From NCBI GenBank assembly GCA_035286745.1, contig DATECU010000271.1:1-48040 (forward strand): a stretch of DNA of 48,040 nucleotides, read 5' to 3'. Position 1 is the stretch's first letter, and the number at the start of each line of letters is the position of its first letter. The position numbers and the translations under genes were made by a program. Positions 9,066 to 17,507 of this stretch are shown here, piece by piece. This DNA comes from Vicinamibacteria bacterium (GTDB lineage: Bacteria; Acidobacteriota; Vicinamibacteria; Fen-336). Under the pieces are notes generated by a model that saw only the letters and a list, made by a program, of their open reading frames with translations, ran no database searches and had not been told where the DNA came from.

Positions 9066-9229
9066 CAATCAGCTTTCAGCACTCAGCTTTCAGCTACGGT
9101 GGGGAGGGGAGTCAGCGGGCGAGGGGTCCGCGGGCGGAAGCAGACCGCTGTCTGGCCCACTTCGCCCGCCGACTCCTGTTGTCTGTGGTCCGTCGCTGAC
9201 TGCTGAACGCTGTGCGCTGATCGCTTGCC
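9066..9229. repeat. Heptamer-phased inverted-repeat element, copy 1 (long form)
   Basis: Left arm AATCAGC TTTCAGC ACTCAGC TTTCAGC TACGG (9067-9099). Right arm CCGTC GCTGACT GCTGAAC GCTGTGC GCTGATC (9190-9222). The arms pair in register. A G-rich ~90-nt core carries a nested stem GTCAGCGGGCGA / TCGCCCGCCGAC. Confidence 0.6.
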
Positions 9230-9245
9230 TCCCTCGCTTGCCGTC

Positions 9246-9275
9246 TTGACACTCCTTCCAGCCCTTTGCTAACGT
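9246..9275 (+). promoter_or_regulatory. Candidate sigma-70 promoter for csp, giving a ~120-nt 5' UTR
   Basis: TTGACA (9246-9251), 18-nt spacer, TAACGT (9270-9275). Confidence 0.4.
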
Positions 9276-9398
9276 TCGGATCGCTCTAGTTGCCGTTGCT
9301 CTGGCGTTCGGAGGGGGGCCGACTAAAGTGGCCGGCTACCGGTCGTGGGCGCGCAGAAGACGTAGCGCTAGGGAAAGGCGAAGGAGGCCTGCACGTTC

Positions 9399-9599
9399 AT
9401 GATCGAAGGTACGGTCAAGTGGTTCAACGAGTCCAAGGGTTTTGGTTTCCTCTCCCGTGAGGGTGGTCCGGACGTGTTCGTACACCACTCCGAGATCCGG
9501 GCCGAGGGATTCCGGACCTTGAACGAGGGCGACAAGGTGCGTTTCGAGGTGGTGGACAGCCCCAAGGGCCCCCGCGCCGCCAACGTCACCAAAGTCTAA
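9399..9599 (+). CDS. Cold-shock protein (CspA family)
   Basis: 66 aa. [15 protein letters not shown] (RNP1), DVFVHHS (RNP2). SD GAAGGAGG upstream. Confidence 0.95.
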   Translation: MIEGTVKWFNESKGFGFLSREGGPDVFVHHSEIRAEGFRTLNEGDKVRFEVVDSPKGPRAANVTKV

Positions 9600-9622
9600 C
9601 GGCTCGATTCCACGAGTTCAGG

Positions 9623-9662
9623 ATCGCCCGGGACCGCAAGGTTCCGGGCGATTTCGTCTCTT
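9623..9662 (+). terminator. Intrinsic terminator downstream of csp
   Basis: ATCGCCCGGGACC-GCAA-GGTTCCGGGCGAT (13-bp stem including one G-U pair, GCAA loop), followed by TTCGTCTCTT. Confidence 0.65.
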
Positions 9663-9668
9663 GCGCCC

Positions 9669-10565
9669 ATGATCGAGGACAGCCTGAGGTGCTTGCGGGA
9701 GGCGGGGCGCATCGCGGCGGCGGGGCGTCTTCTGGCCGAGCGCGAGGCGCGTCGTGGAGCGCTCTTGCGCGAGGTCTGTGAGCGGGTCGAGCGGGAGATC
9801 GACCGGCTGGGCGGTGAGCTCGCGTTCCCGGTCCAGTCCTCGGTCAACCAGGTCGCCGCCCACTACTGCCCCTCGCCCGAGGAGGCCACCACCCTGTCCC
9901 CCGGCGACCTGGCCAAGCTCGACATCGGGGTGCACATCAACGGTTGGGTGGTGGACACCGCGGTGACCGTCAACGTGGACGACGCGCCCGAGAACCGGCC
10001 CCTGGTGGAGGCGGCCCGCGCCGCGCTGGCGGCCGCCATCCAGGCGGCCGGCCCCGGGGTGCCCGTCCGCGAGCTGTCCGGCCGGATCGAGGGCACCATA
10101 CGCTCTTTCGGCCTGCGGCCGCTCCGCAACCTCTGCGGCCACGGGGTGGCTCGCTGGACCGTACACTGCCCACCGCCGATACCTAACGTAGTTGACTCCT
10201 CGGCGGACGTCCTGGAAGAGGGGGCGGTGGTGGCGGTGGAGCCGTTTGCCACCGACGGGCTGGGGCTGGTCACCGAGAGCGGCGTGGCCCAGGTGTTTCG
10301 ACTGGACCCCCGGCGGGACGACAGCGCGCCGGGGCCCCACCCCGAGGTGATGGCGGCCATCCGCGCCCATCGCGGGCTGCCCTTCGCCCGCCGGCAGCTG
10401 GCCGGCTTCGATCGTTCGGCGCTCGAAGCCACCCTGGGCCTGTTGCAGCGTGAAGGCCGGCTCACCGCCTACCTGCCTCTGGTTGAGCGCACGGGCCGGC
10501 GGGTGGCCCAAGCCGAGCACACCATCTACCTGGGCAAGGGGGGCGCCGAGGTCCTGACCGCCTGA
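9669..10565 (+). CDS. map: Methionine aminopeptidase, type 2 (archaeal-like M24A)
   Basis: AFPVQSSVNQVAAHY, DIGVHINGWVVDTAVTV, NLCGHG, VAVEPFAT, AQAEHTI. Length and insertion domain resemble the archaeal ~295-aa MetAP. Confidence 0.85.
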   Translation: MIEDSLRCLREAGRIAAAGRLLAEREARRGALLREVCERVEREIDRLGGELAFPVQSSVNQVAAHYCPSPEEATTLSPGDLAKLDIGVHINGWVVDTAVTVNVDDAPENRPLVEAARAALAAAIQAAGPGVPVRELSGRIEGTIRSFGLRPLRNLCGHGVARWTVHCPPPIPNVVDSSADVLEEGAVVAVEPFATDGLGLVTESGVAQVFRLDPRRDDSAPGPHPEVMAAIRAHRGLPFARRQLAGFDRSALEATLGLLQREGRLTAYLPLVERTGRRVAQAEHTIYLGKGGAEVLTA

Positions 10566-10572
10566 GCCCCGG

Positions 10573-10797
10573 CTACTTGGGCTCTTCCTTCTCGACCGGA
10601 AGCTCGTCCGGAAGGTCGTAGGGAAGCGGCTGGGGACCAGGGACGATGCCTGCGATATCGGGGTCCTCGCCGTCCGCGGGGCCTTCCTTGCCCCTCACCT
10701 CTTTCCGGGCCAGACGCTTGGCGGCCTTTTCCCGGGCCCGCTCCTGGCGGGCGATCTCCCGCTGCCGCTTCGCGAACGTCGCTCCTTTGTTGCTCAT
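10573..10797 (-). CDS. Small basic hypothetical protein (74 aa)
   Basis: ATG preceded by AAGGAG. Lys/Arg-rich N-terminus (AKRQREIARQERAREKAAKRLARKE) and an acidic Pro-rich tail. Confidence 0.5.
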   Translation of the reverse strand: MSNKGATFAKRQREIARQERAREKAAKRLARKEVRGKEGPADGEDPDIAGIVPGPQPLPYDLPDELPVEKEEPK

Positions 10798-10888
10798 GGC
10801 CCGCTCCTTGGGGGCTTCTCCACGTTGCTCCCGAACCCGAAGTTTACCACGCGTTCCCGAGCCCTCGCGGCTGTGGTAGAAAGGCGGG

Positions 10889-11215
10889 ATGCCGACCCGC
10901 TCGAACGCCCGGCTCGTGTACTCGACGGCGGGCGAGCAGCCCGAACCCAGGCCTGCTCCCGCCCCGGCTTCCCCAGCGAAGGGGGGTGTTCGCATCCGCC
11001 TGGACCGCCGGGCCTCGGGCCGCGTGGTCACCGTGGTAACCGGCTTGGCGGGGTCGGCCTCCGAGGTCGCGGCTCTCGGGCGGGCTCTGCGGTCGGCTTG
11101 CGGGGCCGGAGGGACGGTGAAGGACGGTGCCCTTGAGATCCAGGGGGACCACCGTGACAAGGTCGAGGCCGTGCTCAGCGCCCGCGGACTCCGGTCCAAG
11201 CGGGCAGGAGGTTGA
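10889..11215 (+). CDS. yciH: SUI1/eIF1-family translation initiation factor homologue (YciH-like)
   Basis: VRIRLDRRASGRVVTVVTGL...LRSACGAGGTVKDGALEIQGDHRDKV. Confidence 0.85.
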   Translation: MPTRSNARLVYSTAGEQPEPRPAPAPASPAKGGVRIRLDRRASGRVVTVVTGLAGSASEVAALGRALRSACGAGGTVKDGALEIQGDHRDKVEAVLSARGLRSKRAGG

Positions 11216-11219
11216 GCCG

Positions 11220-12077
11220 ATGATGGACCCGTTTCGAAAGGACCTGCTGGCCGGAAAGACCACGGTCATCACCGGGGGCGGCAGCGGCCTGGGTCGTTCC
11301 ATGGCCCTACGGCTGGGCGCGCTGGGCGCCAAGATCGCGGTGCTGGGTCGCCGGCCGGCGCCGCTCGAGGAGACCGCCGAAGCCATCCGCGCCGCCGGTG
11401 GGACCGCGGTCGGCGTCTCCTGCGACATCCGGGAGCCGCAGGCGATCGCCTCGGCCTTCGATGCGGTGGAGGCGGAGCTGGGACCCGCCAACCAGCTCAT
11501 CAACAACGCCGCCGGCAACTTCCTCTGCGCTTCCGAGGACCTCTCGCCTAACGCATTCGACGCGGTGGTACGGATCGTGCTCTACGGCAGCTTCTACGCC
11601 ACCCGCGAGCTGGGCCGACGTTTGATCGCGCGCCAGCAGAAAGGTGAGGTGCTGGCGATCGCCACCAACTACGCGGAGACCGGATCGGCCTTCGTGTTGC
11701 CCTCGGCGGTGGCCAAGGCCGGGGTGCTGGCCATGATGCGCTCGCTGGCGGTGGAGTGGGCCACCTACGGCATCCGCCTGAACGCCATTGCTCCCGGGCC
11801 GTTCCCCACCGAGGGGGCATTCAGCCGTTTGATGCCCGGCTCGGAGATGGAGAAGCAGGCTCTGCGTCGCATCCCTTCGCGGCGCTTCGGCGAGCACTGG
11901 GAGCTCACCAACCTGGTCGCCTACCTGATGAGCGACGCCAGCCCCTACCAGACCGGCGACCTGGTCACCATCGACGGTGCGGAGGGCCTCTTCTCCGGCC
12001 AGGAGTTCGCGGGCCTCGCTCATCTGGACCGGGCCATGGCCAAGGAGCTGATGGCTTCGCTTCGGCCCAAGAAGTGA
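11220..12077 (+). CDS. SDR-family oxidoreductase (2,4-dienoyl-CoA reductase-like)
   Basis: TGGGSGLG Rossmann motif, NNAAGNF, SAVAKAGV. Confidence 0.85.
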   Translation: MMDPFRKDLLAGKTTVITGGGSGLGRSMALRLGALGAKIAVLGRRPAPLEETAEAIRAAGGTAVGVSCDIREPQAIASAFDAVEAELGPANQLINNAAGNFLCASEDLSPNAFDAVVRIVLYGSFYATRELGRRLIARQQKGEVLAIATNYAETGSAFVLPSAVAKAGVLAMMRSLAVEWATYGIRLNAIAPGPFPTEGAFSRLMPGSEMEKQALRRIPSRRFGEHWELTNLVAYLMSDASPYQTGDLVTIDGAEGLFSGQEFAGLAHLDRAMAKELMASLRPKK

Positions 12078-12898
12078 ACGGAGGCCTCGAGCCGCCGGTC
12101 AGCGATCCCCCGGTCCTCGCCCTCCAGCTTGCTCACGGCGCCCTCACCTACTCGGACGAGGGCCCGCCCGAGGCGCCGGCGCTCTTGGCGGTGCACGGGA
12201 TCCCGGGCTCGGTCCGCGACTTCCGCTACCTGGGACCCCTCCTCAACGACCGCCTGCGCTTCGTCCGAGTGGAGCTTCCCGGCTTCGGCGGCAGCGCTCC
12301 CCTGGACGAGGCCCTCGACAGCTTTACCGGCCGCGCCCGCATGGTGGTCGAGTTGGCCGACGCGCTCGGTCTCGGCCAGTTCTCGATCCTCGGCCACTCC
12401 ATGGGTGGCGGCACCGCCCTGGTGGTGGCCGCTTCCAACGCCAAGCGAGTGCGCCTGCTGGTCCTGGTGGCCAGCCTGGCTCTTTCCCGCCACCGCGGGC
12501 TGGGCCTGCCGCCCGCCGTCTTCGCGCTGATGGCTCGCCTGGTGCGCTTCCCCGGCCTGGGGCACGCGCTCCTGCCCTGGATGCGGGCGGAGTACAGGAA
12601 GCGACGCCTACCGGGTGCCGAGACCATGGATCGAGCCGAGATGGCGCGCCAGTTCCGTGCCATCGCCGCCGTCGACTTCGCCCTCATGAGACGGAGCGTG
12701 GCAGGCGATCTGCCCCCCACCCTCCTCGCCTACGCCAAGGACGATCACATGATCGAAACCCACGTCTCCGAGGAGCTGGCCCGGGCCCTTGCCCCGGCGC
12801 GGGTGCTGGCCTTCGAAAGCGGGGGCCACAACCTGCAGAAGACCCGGGCAGCCGAGCTGGCCCTGGCGCTCCGGCAGGAGCTTGGGGTGAACACCTAG
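12074..12898 (+). CDS. Alpha/beta-fold hydrolase
   Basis: GTG start overlaps the SDR stop (GTGA). HGIPGS, nucleophile elbow GHSMGG, late GGHN. Confidence 0.75.
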   Translation: MNGGLEPPVSDPPVLALQLAHGALTYSDEGPPEAPALLAVHGIPGSVRDFRYLGPLLNDRLRFVRVELPGFGGSAPLDEALDSFTGRARMVVELADALGLGQFSILGHSMGGGTALVVAASNAKRVRLLVLVASLALSRHRGLGLPPAVFALMARLVRFPGLGHALLPWMRAEYRKRRLPGAETMDRAEMARQFRAIAAVDFALMRRSVAGDLPPTLLAYAKDDHMIETHVSEELARALAPARVLAFESGGHNLQKTRAAELALALRQELGVNT

Positions 12899-13923
12899 CG
12901 CGTGGACAACAACGCGAAGCCGATCAGCTTGTAGAGCAGGCGGGCGCCCACGTTGGCGTCCCACTCCGACTGGCCGCTCGGATCCGGAGCCACCTCGGTC
13001 AGGTCGAAGCCCAAGATGCGCCGGCCGCTTTCGACCAGGGCCCGCAAGAGCGCCAGCGTTTCGGAGAAGGAGAGCCCGCCCGGCACCGGGGTGCCGGTGT
13101 GGGGGCAGAGGGCGGGGTCCAGGCCGTCAACATCGACCGAGACATAGACCTCGCCGGGCAGGTCGGCGATCACCCGTCCCACGATACGGCTCCAGGTGTC
13201 GCCCTCGAAGAGCAGGTGGCGGAGATCGGAGTCGAAGTAGGTGCGGATCCGCTCCGGGTTGTCGCGGATGAAGGCGTCCTCACCGTCGCAGTAGTCGCGA
13301 ATCCCCAACTGCACCAAACGTGTTACCTCGGGAATCCTCTCCATCACGTTGCGCATGATGGAGGCGTGCGAGAAGCGGAAGCCCTCGTAGGCGGAGCGGA
13401 GGTCGGCATGGGCATCCAGATGGAGGACTCCCAACCCCGGGTGCTTCTTGGCCACCGCTGCGATGGCCCCCAGGGAGACCGAGTGGTCCCCACCCAGAAC
13501 ACCCGGCAGCTTCTCGGTCTCCAGAGCCTCGCGAACCGTCTCCTGAACCCAGGCGTTCATGCGCCCGCATGCGTCCTCGACCTCGACCACCGCCTGCTTG
13601 AGGCCGGGATGGTCCCCGACTCCGCCCGCCTCGATCACTGGGAGCGCTAGGCGCCGGGCCTGGTCGCTGAGCGAACGAAGCTCGCCCGGGATCGGGAGCA
13701 TGGCGATCTTGGCCAGGTATGGCCGGCCGGTGTCCCGATCCAGCAGATCCACCTGCCGGCTGGCCCGGAGAACGGCCTCCGGGCCGGAGGCCGTGCCGGC
13801 CCGGTAGGAACAGGTGGCCTCCCACGGCACCGGGATCACCAGCACCCGCGATTCCTCGGGCGTGAAGGGCAGGCCGAAGATGCCGTCGAAAGACGCCGCG
13901 CCGTCTGGATCGAGATCGGGCAT
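12895..13923 (-). CDS. Arginase/ureohydrolase-family enzyme (agmatinase-like)
   Basis: GGDHSVS, HLDAHADL, SVDVDGLDP Mn-binding motifs. Confidence 0.85.
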   Translation of the reverse strand: MPDLDPDGAASFDGIFGLPFTPEESRVLVIPVPWEATCSYRAGTASGPEAVLRASRQVDLLDRDTGRPYLAKIAMLPIPGELRSLSDQARRLALPVIEAGGVGDHPGLKQAVVEVEDACGRMNAWVQETVREALETEKLPGVLGGDHSVSLGAIAAVAKKHPGLGVLHLDAHADLRSAYEGFRFSHASIMRNVMERIPEVTRLVQLGIRDYCDGEDAFIRDNPERIRTYFDSDLRHLLFEGDTWSRIVGRVIADLPGEVYVSVDVDGLDPALCPHTGTPVPGGLSFSETLALLRALVESGRRILGFDLTEVAPDPSGQSEWDANVGARLLYKLIGFALLSTR

Positions 13924-13944
13924 GGGCGCAGTATAGCGGGTGGT

Positions 13945-14220
13945 TCAGTAGTGGTAGCGGGCCTGTAGGAAATCGACGCGGTCGGCGCGAACGAGATAGA
14001 CCAGGCGATGCTCTTGGGTGAGGCGGCGCGACCAAGTGCCGGCTGCGAGGTACTTCAGTGGTTCAGGCTTGCCGATGCCCCGGAAGGGGTCTCGCAACAC
14101 CGCCTCGACCAGGTCGAAAGCGCGGAGTGCGATCCGCCGGTCGGCCTGGACCCAGTAGCGCAGGTCCTCGAGGAACTCGCGCTGGAAGACCGCTGATGGG
14201 CGTTGCGAGCTAGTCGGCAA
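13945..14220 (-). CDS. yoeB: YoeB/Txe-family type II toxin (mRNA interferase)
   Basis: ...FRGIGKPEPLKYLAAGTWSRRLTQEHRLVYLV...ARYHY closely parallels E. coli YoeB. The only in-frame start is TTG at 14220, overlapping the antitoxin end by 11 nt. Confidence 0.88.
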   Translation of the reverse strand: MPTSSQRPSAVFQREFLEDLRYWVQADRRIALRAFDLVEAVLRDPFRGIGKPEPLKYLAAGTWSRRLTQEHRLVYLVRADRVDFLQARYHY

Positions 14221-14485
14221 CGCCCAGCTCGCGGCGAAGGTAGGCGACGGTCCTGGGGCGGCCGGTCTTGCTGAGGGCGCGCTGCAGTGCCGAGAGCAGG
14301 CGAGCCGCGTTCCGCGGCGAGCGGAGAAGGTGGGCGGTCTCCAAGAGGCTGGCCAACTCCTCGGCGGCGACCAGCCCGACACGGCCGCGGCCCCGGCGAC
14401 GAATGAAGACCACCTCTCGATCGTCGACCACGCGGTCGAGCAAACGCGCGAGGTTCTGGCGGGCTTCAGTGTATGTGGTTTCCAT
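14210..14485 (-). CDS. yefM: YefM/Phd-family antitoxin
   Basis: METTYTEARQNLARLLDRVVDDREVVFIRRRG... (91 aa), directly upstream of yoeB. Confidence 0.85.
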   Translation of the reverse strand: METTYTEARQNLARLLDRVVDDREVVFIRRRGRGRVGLVAAEELASLLETAHLLRSPRNAARLLSALQRALSKTGRPRTVAYLRRELGVAD

Positions 14486-14491
14486 GAGGGT

Positions 14492-14499
14492 ATTGTACA
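14492..14499 (-). promoter_or_regulatory. -10 hexamer TACAAT overlapping a TGTACA palindrome (candidate YefM-YoeB operator core)
   Basis: Minus strand reads CTGTACAAT-ACCCTC-ATG. TGTACA is the core of the E. coli yefM-yoeB operator repeats. Confidence 0.35.
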
Positions 14500-14630
14500 G
14501 AAAGCCTGTCAGGTCGCTTCGTGGCAGAGCAGAAGGCCCCGGAGGCTGAGATCGCTGGCGGTGCGGACGAGACCGCCCCTGAGGGACCGTCCGGCCAGTC
14601 CCGCAGCGCGATGCGGTAGCATGGGCGCCC

Positions 14631-15725
14631 ATGGGCCTTGCACCAAGCCCCCCACGTCTGGTCTCCCTCGATGCGTTCCGCGGCCTCACCATCGCGGCCA
14701 TGATCCTGGTGAACAACCCCGGGAGCTGGTCCTCCATCTACTGGCCGCTGGACCACGCCAAGTGGCACGGCTGGACGCCGACAGATCTCATCTTCCCCTT
14801 CTTCTTGTTCATGGTGGGCATGGCCATGAACTTCTCTCGCAAGGGGACCTTCCGCCAGGCCTTGCGACGGGCCTCGATCCTGTTCGGACTCGGTCTCTTC
14901 ATGGCCGCCTACCCGTTCTTCAACCTGCTGACCGTCCGCATCCCCGGCGTCTTACAACGGATCGCGCTCTGCTACCTGGCGGCCTGGGTGGTGCGTCGCT
15001 TGCTGGGTCCGCTCGGGGAAGCGGTGGCGGCTTCGGTGTTGGTCGGTGCCTACTGGTGGCTGCTGACGGCGGTGCCGGTGCCCGGGTTCGGCCCGCCTAA
15101 CCTCGACCCCGAGACCAACCTGGGCGCTTTCCTCGATCGGCTGCTGCTCTCCGGCCACCTGTGGAAACAGAGCAAGACCTGGGATCCGGAAGGGCTGCTC
15201 TCCACCATCCCAGCCGTGGCCACCACCCTGCTCGGGTCCCTGGCCGGCCATTGGATCAGGGCGCCTCGCGGTGGGAAGCTCAAGACCGTCGCCTTGTTAG
15301 GCGCGGGCCTTGCCCTCACGGTGGCTGGCCTGGCCTGGGGCCGGGTCTTCCCCATCAACAAGAACCTGTGGACCTCGTCCTACGTCCTCTTGACGGCCGG
15401 CCTGGCCGCCTACCTCTTCGGCCTCGTCTGCTACGTCGCCGACGTGGTGGGGCACCAGACGTGGGCCCGGCCGGCCGTCGTCTATGGTCGGAACGCCATC
15501 TTCGTCTTCGTGGCCTCGGGCCTTCTGGCCAAGACGCTCTACCTCATCAAGCTCCCCTCCGCCGCCGGCACCCCGCTCTCGCTCCAGGCTCACCTTCACC
15601 GCTTCCTTTTCGCCTCCTGGTTGCCGCCCCACGGCGCCTCGCTCGCGTTCGCCGCGGCCAACGTGGGGTGCTGGTTCTTGGTCCTGCTTTGGATGGACCG
15701 GCGCGGGCTCCATCTCAAGGTGTGA
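14631..15725 (+). CDS. Membrane acyltransferase-like protein (heparan-alpha-glucosaminide N-acetyltransferase / DUF5009-like)
   Basis: N-terminal LDAFRGLTIAAMILVN motif followed by many hydrophobic helices. Confidence 0.7.
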   Translation: MGLAPSPPRLVSLDAFRGLTIAAMILVNNPGSWSSIYWPLDHAKWHGWTPTDLIFPFFLFMVGMAMNFSRKGTFRQALRRASILFGLGLFMAAYPFFNLLTVRIPGVLQRIALCYLAAWVVRRLLGPLGEAVAASVLVGAYWWLLTAVPVPGFGPPNLDPETNLGAFLDRLLLSGHLWKQSKTWDPEGLLSTIPAVATTLLGSLAGHWIRAPRGGKLKTVALLGAGLALTVAGLAWGRVFPINKNLWTSSYVLLTAGLAAYLFGLVCYVADVVGHQTWARPAVVYGRNAIFVFVASGLLAKTLYLIKLPSAAGTPLSLQAHLHRFLFASWLPPHGASLAFAAANVGCWFLVLLWMDRRGLHLKV

Positions 15726-15740
15726 GGCGCCGTCAGGAGG

Positions 15741-17483
15741 ATGCCTGCCCCTCGGCTTCGGACGCGATCGATCCTGGTCGCGACTCTCGGTGTCGCGCTG
15801 TTGGCGAGCGGCGGGTTCCTGCTGCTCCGGCCCGCGGTGGAGAAGCGGGTCAAGGCGCGCCTCGATCGTGACGCGAAGAAGGTAGGCCTCTCGGCTACCC
15901 TGGGCGAAGTTCACCTGAGGCCCTGGCTGTCCCTCGAACTGCGAGACGTGATCATCGAAAAGCCGGGCCGCCTGCGGCTGACCGTCAGCGACGTCGTTGT
16001 GCGACCGCGTTGGTCGCCGCGAGGCCTGATCGGGCGCGCCGCCAACCTCGACCTGTCGCAGGTGTCGATCGGCCTGGCGGCCGATGTGAAGATCGAGATG
16101 CAACCCTCGGCCTGGGTGCTGGAAGCCCGCCCGCCGGAGCTGCGCGTAAGACGCCTGGGCTCGAAGGACGAGCTGGAGCTCACTGTCTCGAACCACCCGG
16201 GAGGCAGGACGATGCGGGTTGGTGCGTCCAACGCACACCTCTCGGGGTTCTTGCGGGTACTGGTCGGCGGCTGCGGTGTGGCGGACCTGGGCACCGTCGA
16301 CGGTGAGGGGCGCCTCGACCAGGACGTGGCTGGCACCATCAAGCTCGCGTTGCGAGCCAGGACTGAGCGCCTGGCTCTAGCCTCACTCGCCGCCCTCGGC
16401 GGAATGCCCTGCCAGGCCGCCAGCCTGAGCGCGCCCACGGATGTCGAGGCCGAGGTCCTGGCGGTGATCGAGCCGCAGATCGGTTCGCTGCGGGCCGACC
16501 GGCTGCGCCTCGCCGCCAACGGTGCCGAAGCGACGGGTAGGCTCGCCGTCGATGGCGGCCTCGCCGATCCTCGCCTCGATCTCCAGTTCGAGGTGGCTCG
16601 TCTCGACTTCGCCCGCCTGCTGGCCAGCACCGGCATCGAGTTGGCGGCCGCAGATCTCGGCTCGGCGGCGTTGGCCGTGCGCGTGACGGGCCGACTGCTC
16701 GACCCTGCTTCGCTCACCGTCACCCAGCGCCTGGACTTCGCTCCGCCCTCGCGGCCCCTGCCTGCTCTCACTCGGCTCCAGGGCCCCTTCGCCCATCGGG
16801 TGGAGACGACGGACGGTCGCTCGATCGAGATCCTGGTGTCGCCGGACTCTCCGGACTTCGTACCGCTTTCGGACGTGCCGCCCCTGTTCGTCAAGGCCTT
16901 GCTCCTGGGCGAGGACGCCAACTTCTTCGGCCACCGCGGCATCGACCTCTCGGAGCTGCCCTCGGCGATGGCCACCAACTTCGCGCGGGGGACCTTTGCC
17001 CGGGGGGCCTCGACGATCTCGCAGCAACTCGCCAAGAACCTCTTCCTCTCCCGGAAGAAGACGCTCGGCCGCAAGCTGGAGGAGCTGTCCTTGGCGCTCC
17101 TCCTCGATTCCACCCTCGGCAAAGAGCGGGTGCTCGAGATCTACTTGAACGTCATCGAGTGGGGGCCGGGGCTCTACGGCCTGCGGCCGGCCGCGCGACA
17201 CTACTTCGGGAAGGAGCCGTCGGCCCTCAGCCCCCGGGAGATGACGTTTCTGGTGTCGCTCATCCCGGGACCGATCAAGTACCAGCAGTCCTTCGCCACC
17301 GGCAGTCCGACTCCCTTCTTCGAGGGCCTGATGACGGTGCTCCTCGCCAAGTTGCGTTCGGTTGGCGCGTTGAGCGACGTCGAGTACGAGGCGGCGCTAG
17401 CTGAACCCCTCGCCCTCCAGAACGCCCCGGCCCAGCCTGAGCCGGAGGCGCCGGCTCCGACGGCGAGCGACGGCTACCACTGA
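15741..17483 (+). CDS. Peptidoglycan glycosyltransferase (GT51 domain) with a long N-terminal AsmA-like extension
   Basis: C-terminal EDANFFGHRGID, RGASTISQQLAKN, KERVLEIYLNVIEWG. The N-terminal ~380 aa follow one TM helix and are beta-rich. Confidence 0.85.
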   Translation: MPAPRLRTRSILVATLGVALLASGGFLLLRPAVEKRVKARLDRDAKKVGLSATLGEVHLRPWLSLELRDVIIEKPGRLRLTVSDVVVRPRWSPRGLIGRAANLDLSQVSIGLAADVKIEMQPSAWVLEARPPELRVRRLGSKDELELTVSNHPGGRTMRVGASNAHLSGFLRVLVGGCGVADLGTVDGEGRLDQDVAGTIKLALRARTERLALASLAALGGMPCQAASLSAPTDVEAEVLAVIEPQIGSLRADRLRLAANGAEATGRLAVDGGLADPRLDLQFEVARLDFARLLASTGIELAAADLGSAALAVRVTGRLLDPASLTVTQRLDFAPPSRPLPALTRLQGPFAHRVETTDGRSIEILVSPDSPDFVPLSDVPPLFVKALLLGEDANFFGHRGIDLSELPSAMATNFARGTFARGASTISQQLAKNLFLSRKKTLGRKLEELSLALLLDSTLGKERVLEIYLNVIEWGPGLYGLRPAARHYFGKEPSALSPREMTFLVSLIPGPIKYQQSFATGSPTPFFEGLMTVLLAKLRSVGALSDVEYEAALAEPLALQNAPAQPEPEAPAPTASDGYH

Positions 17484-17507
17484 TCCGCCAATCCGTTGCC
17501 GGCCTCG

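Noticed and set aside
9101-9126. G-quadruplex-type motif (GGGG A GGGG N7 GGG N3 GGGG) in the core of heptamer element copy 1
   Set aside because: Four G-runs are expected fairly often at this base composition, and the motif is absent from copy 2. It is noted only as part of the element description.
9049-9249. 66-aa ORF spanning the heptamer element after rtcB
   Set aside because: It reads through the inverted-repeat arms, has no SD site, and its composition is dictated by the repeat. It was treated as non-coding.
14620-14633. Perfect 14-nt palindrome CATGGGCGCCCATG at the start of the acyltransferase-like gene
   Set aside because: It is a single occurrence with no partner site or phased repeat. 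It is probably chance in GC-rich sequence, although it does contain both candidate ATGs.
15911-17122. 403-aa minus-strand ORF, and the overlapping 16383-17201 ORF
   Set aside because: Both are antisense to the GT51 gene. The translations are Arg/Ser/Ala-rich and low-complexity.
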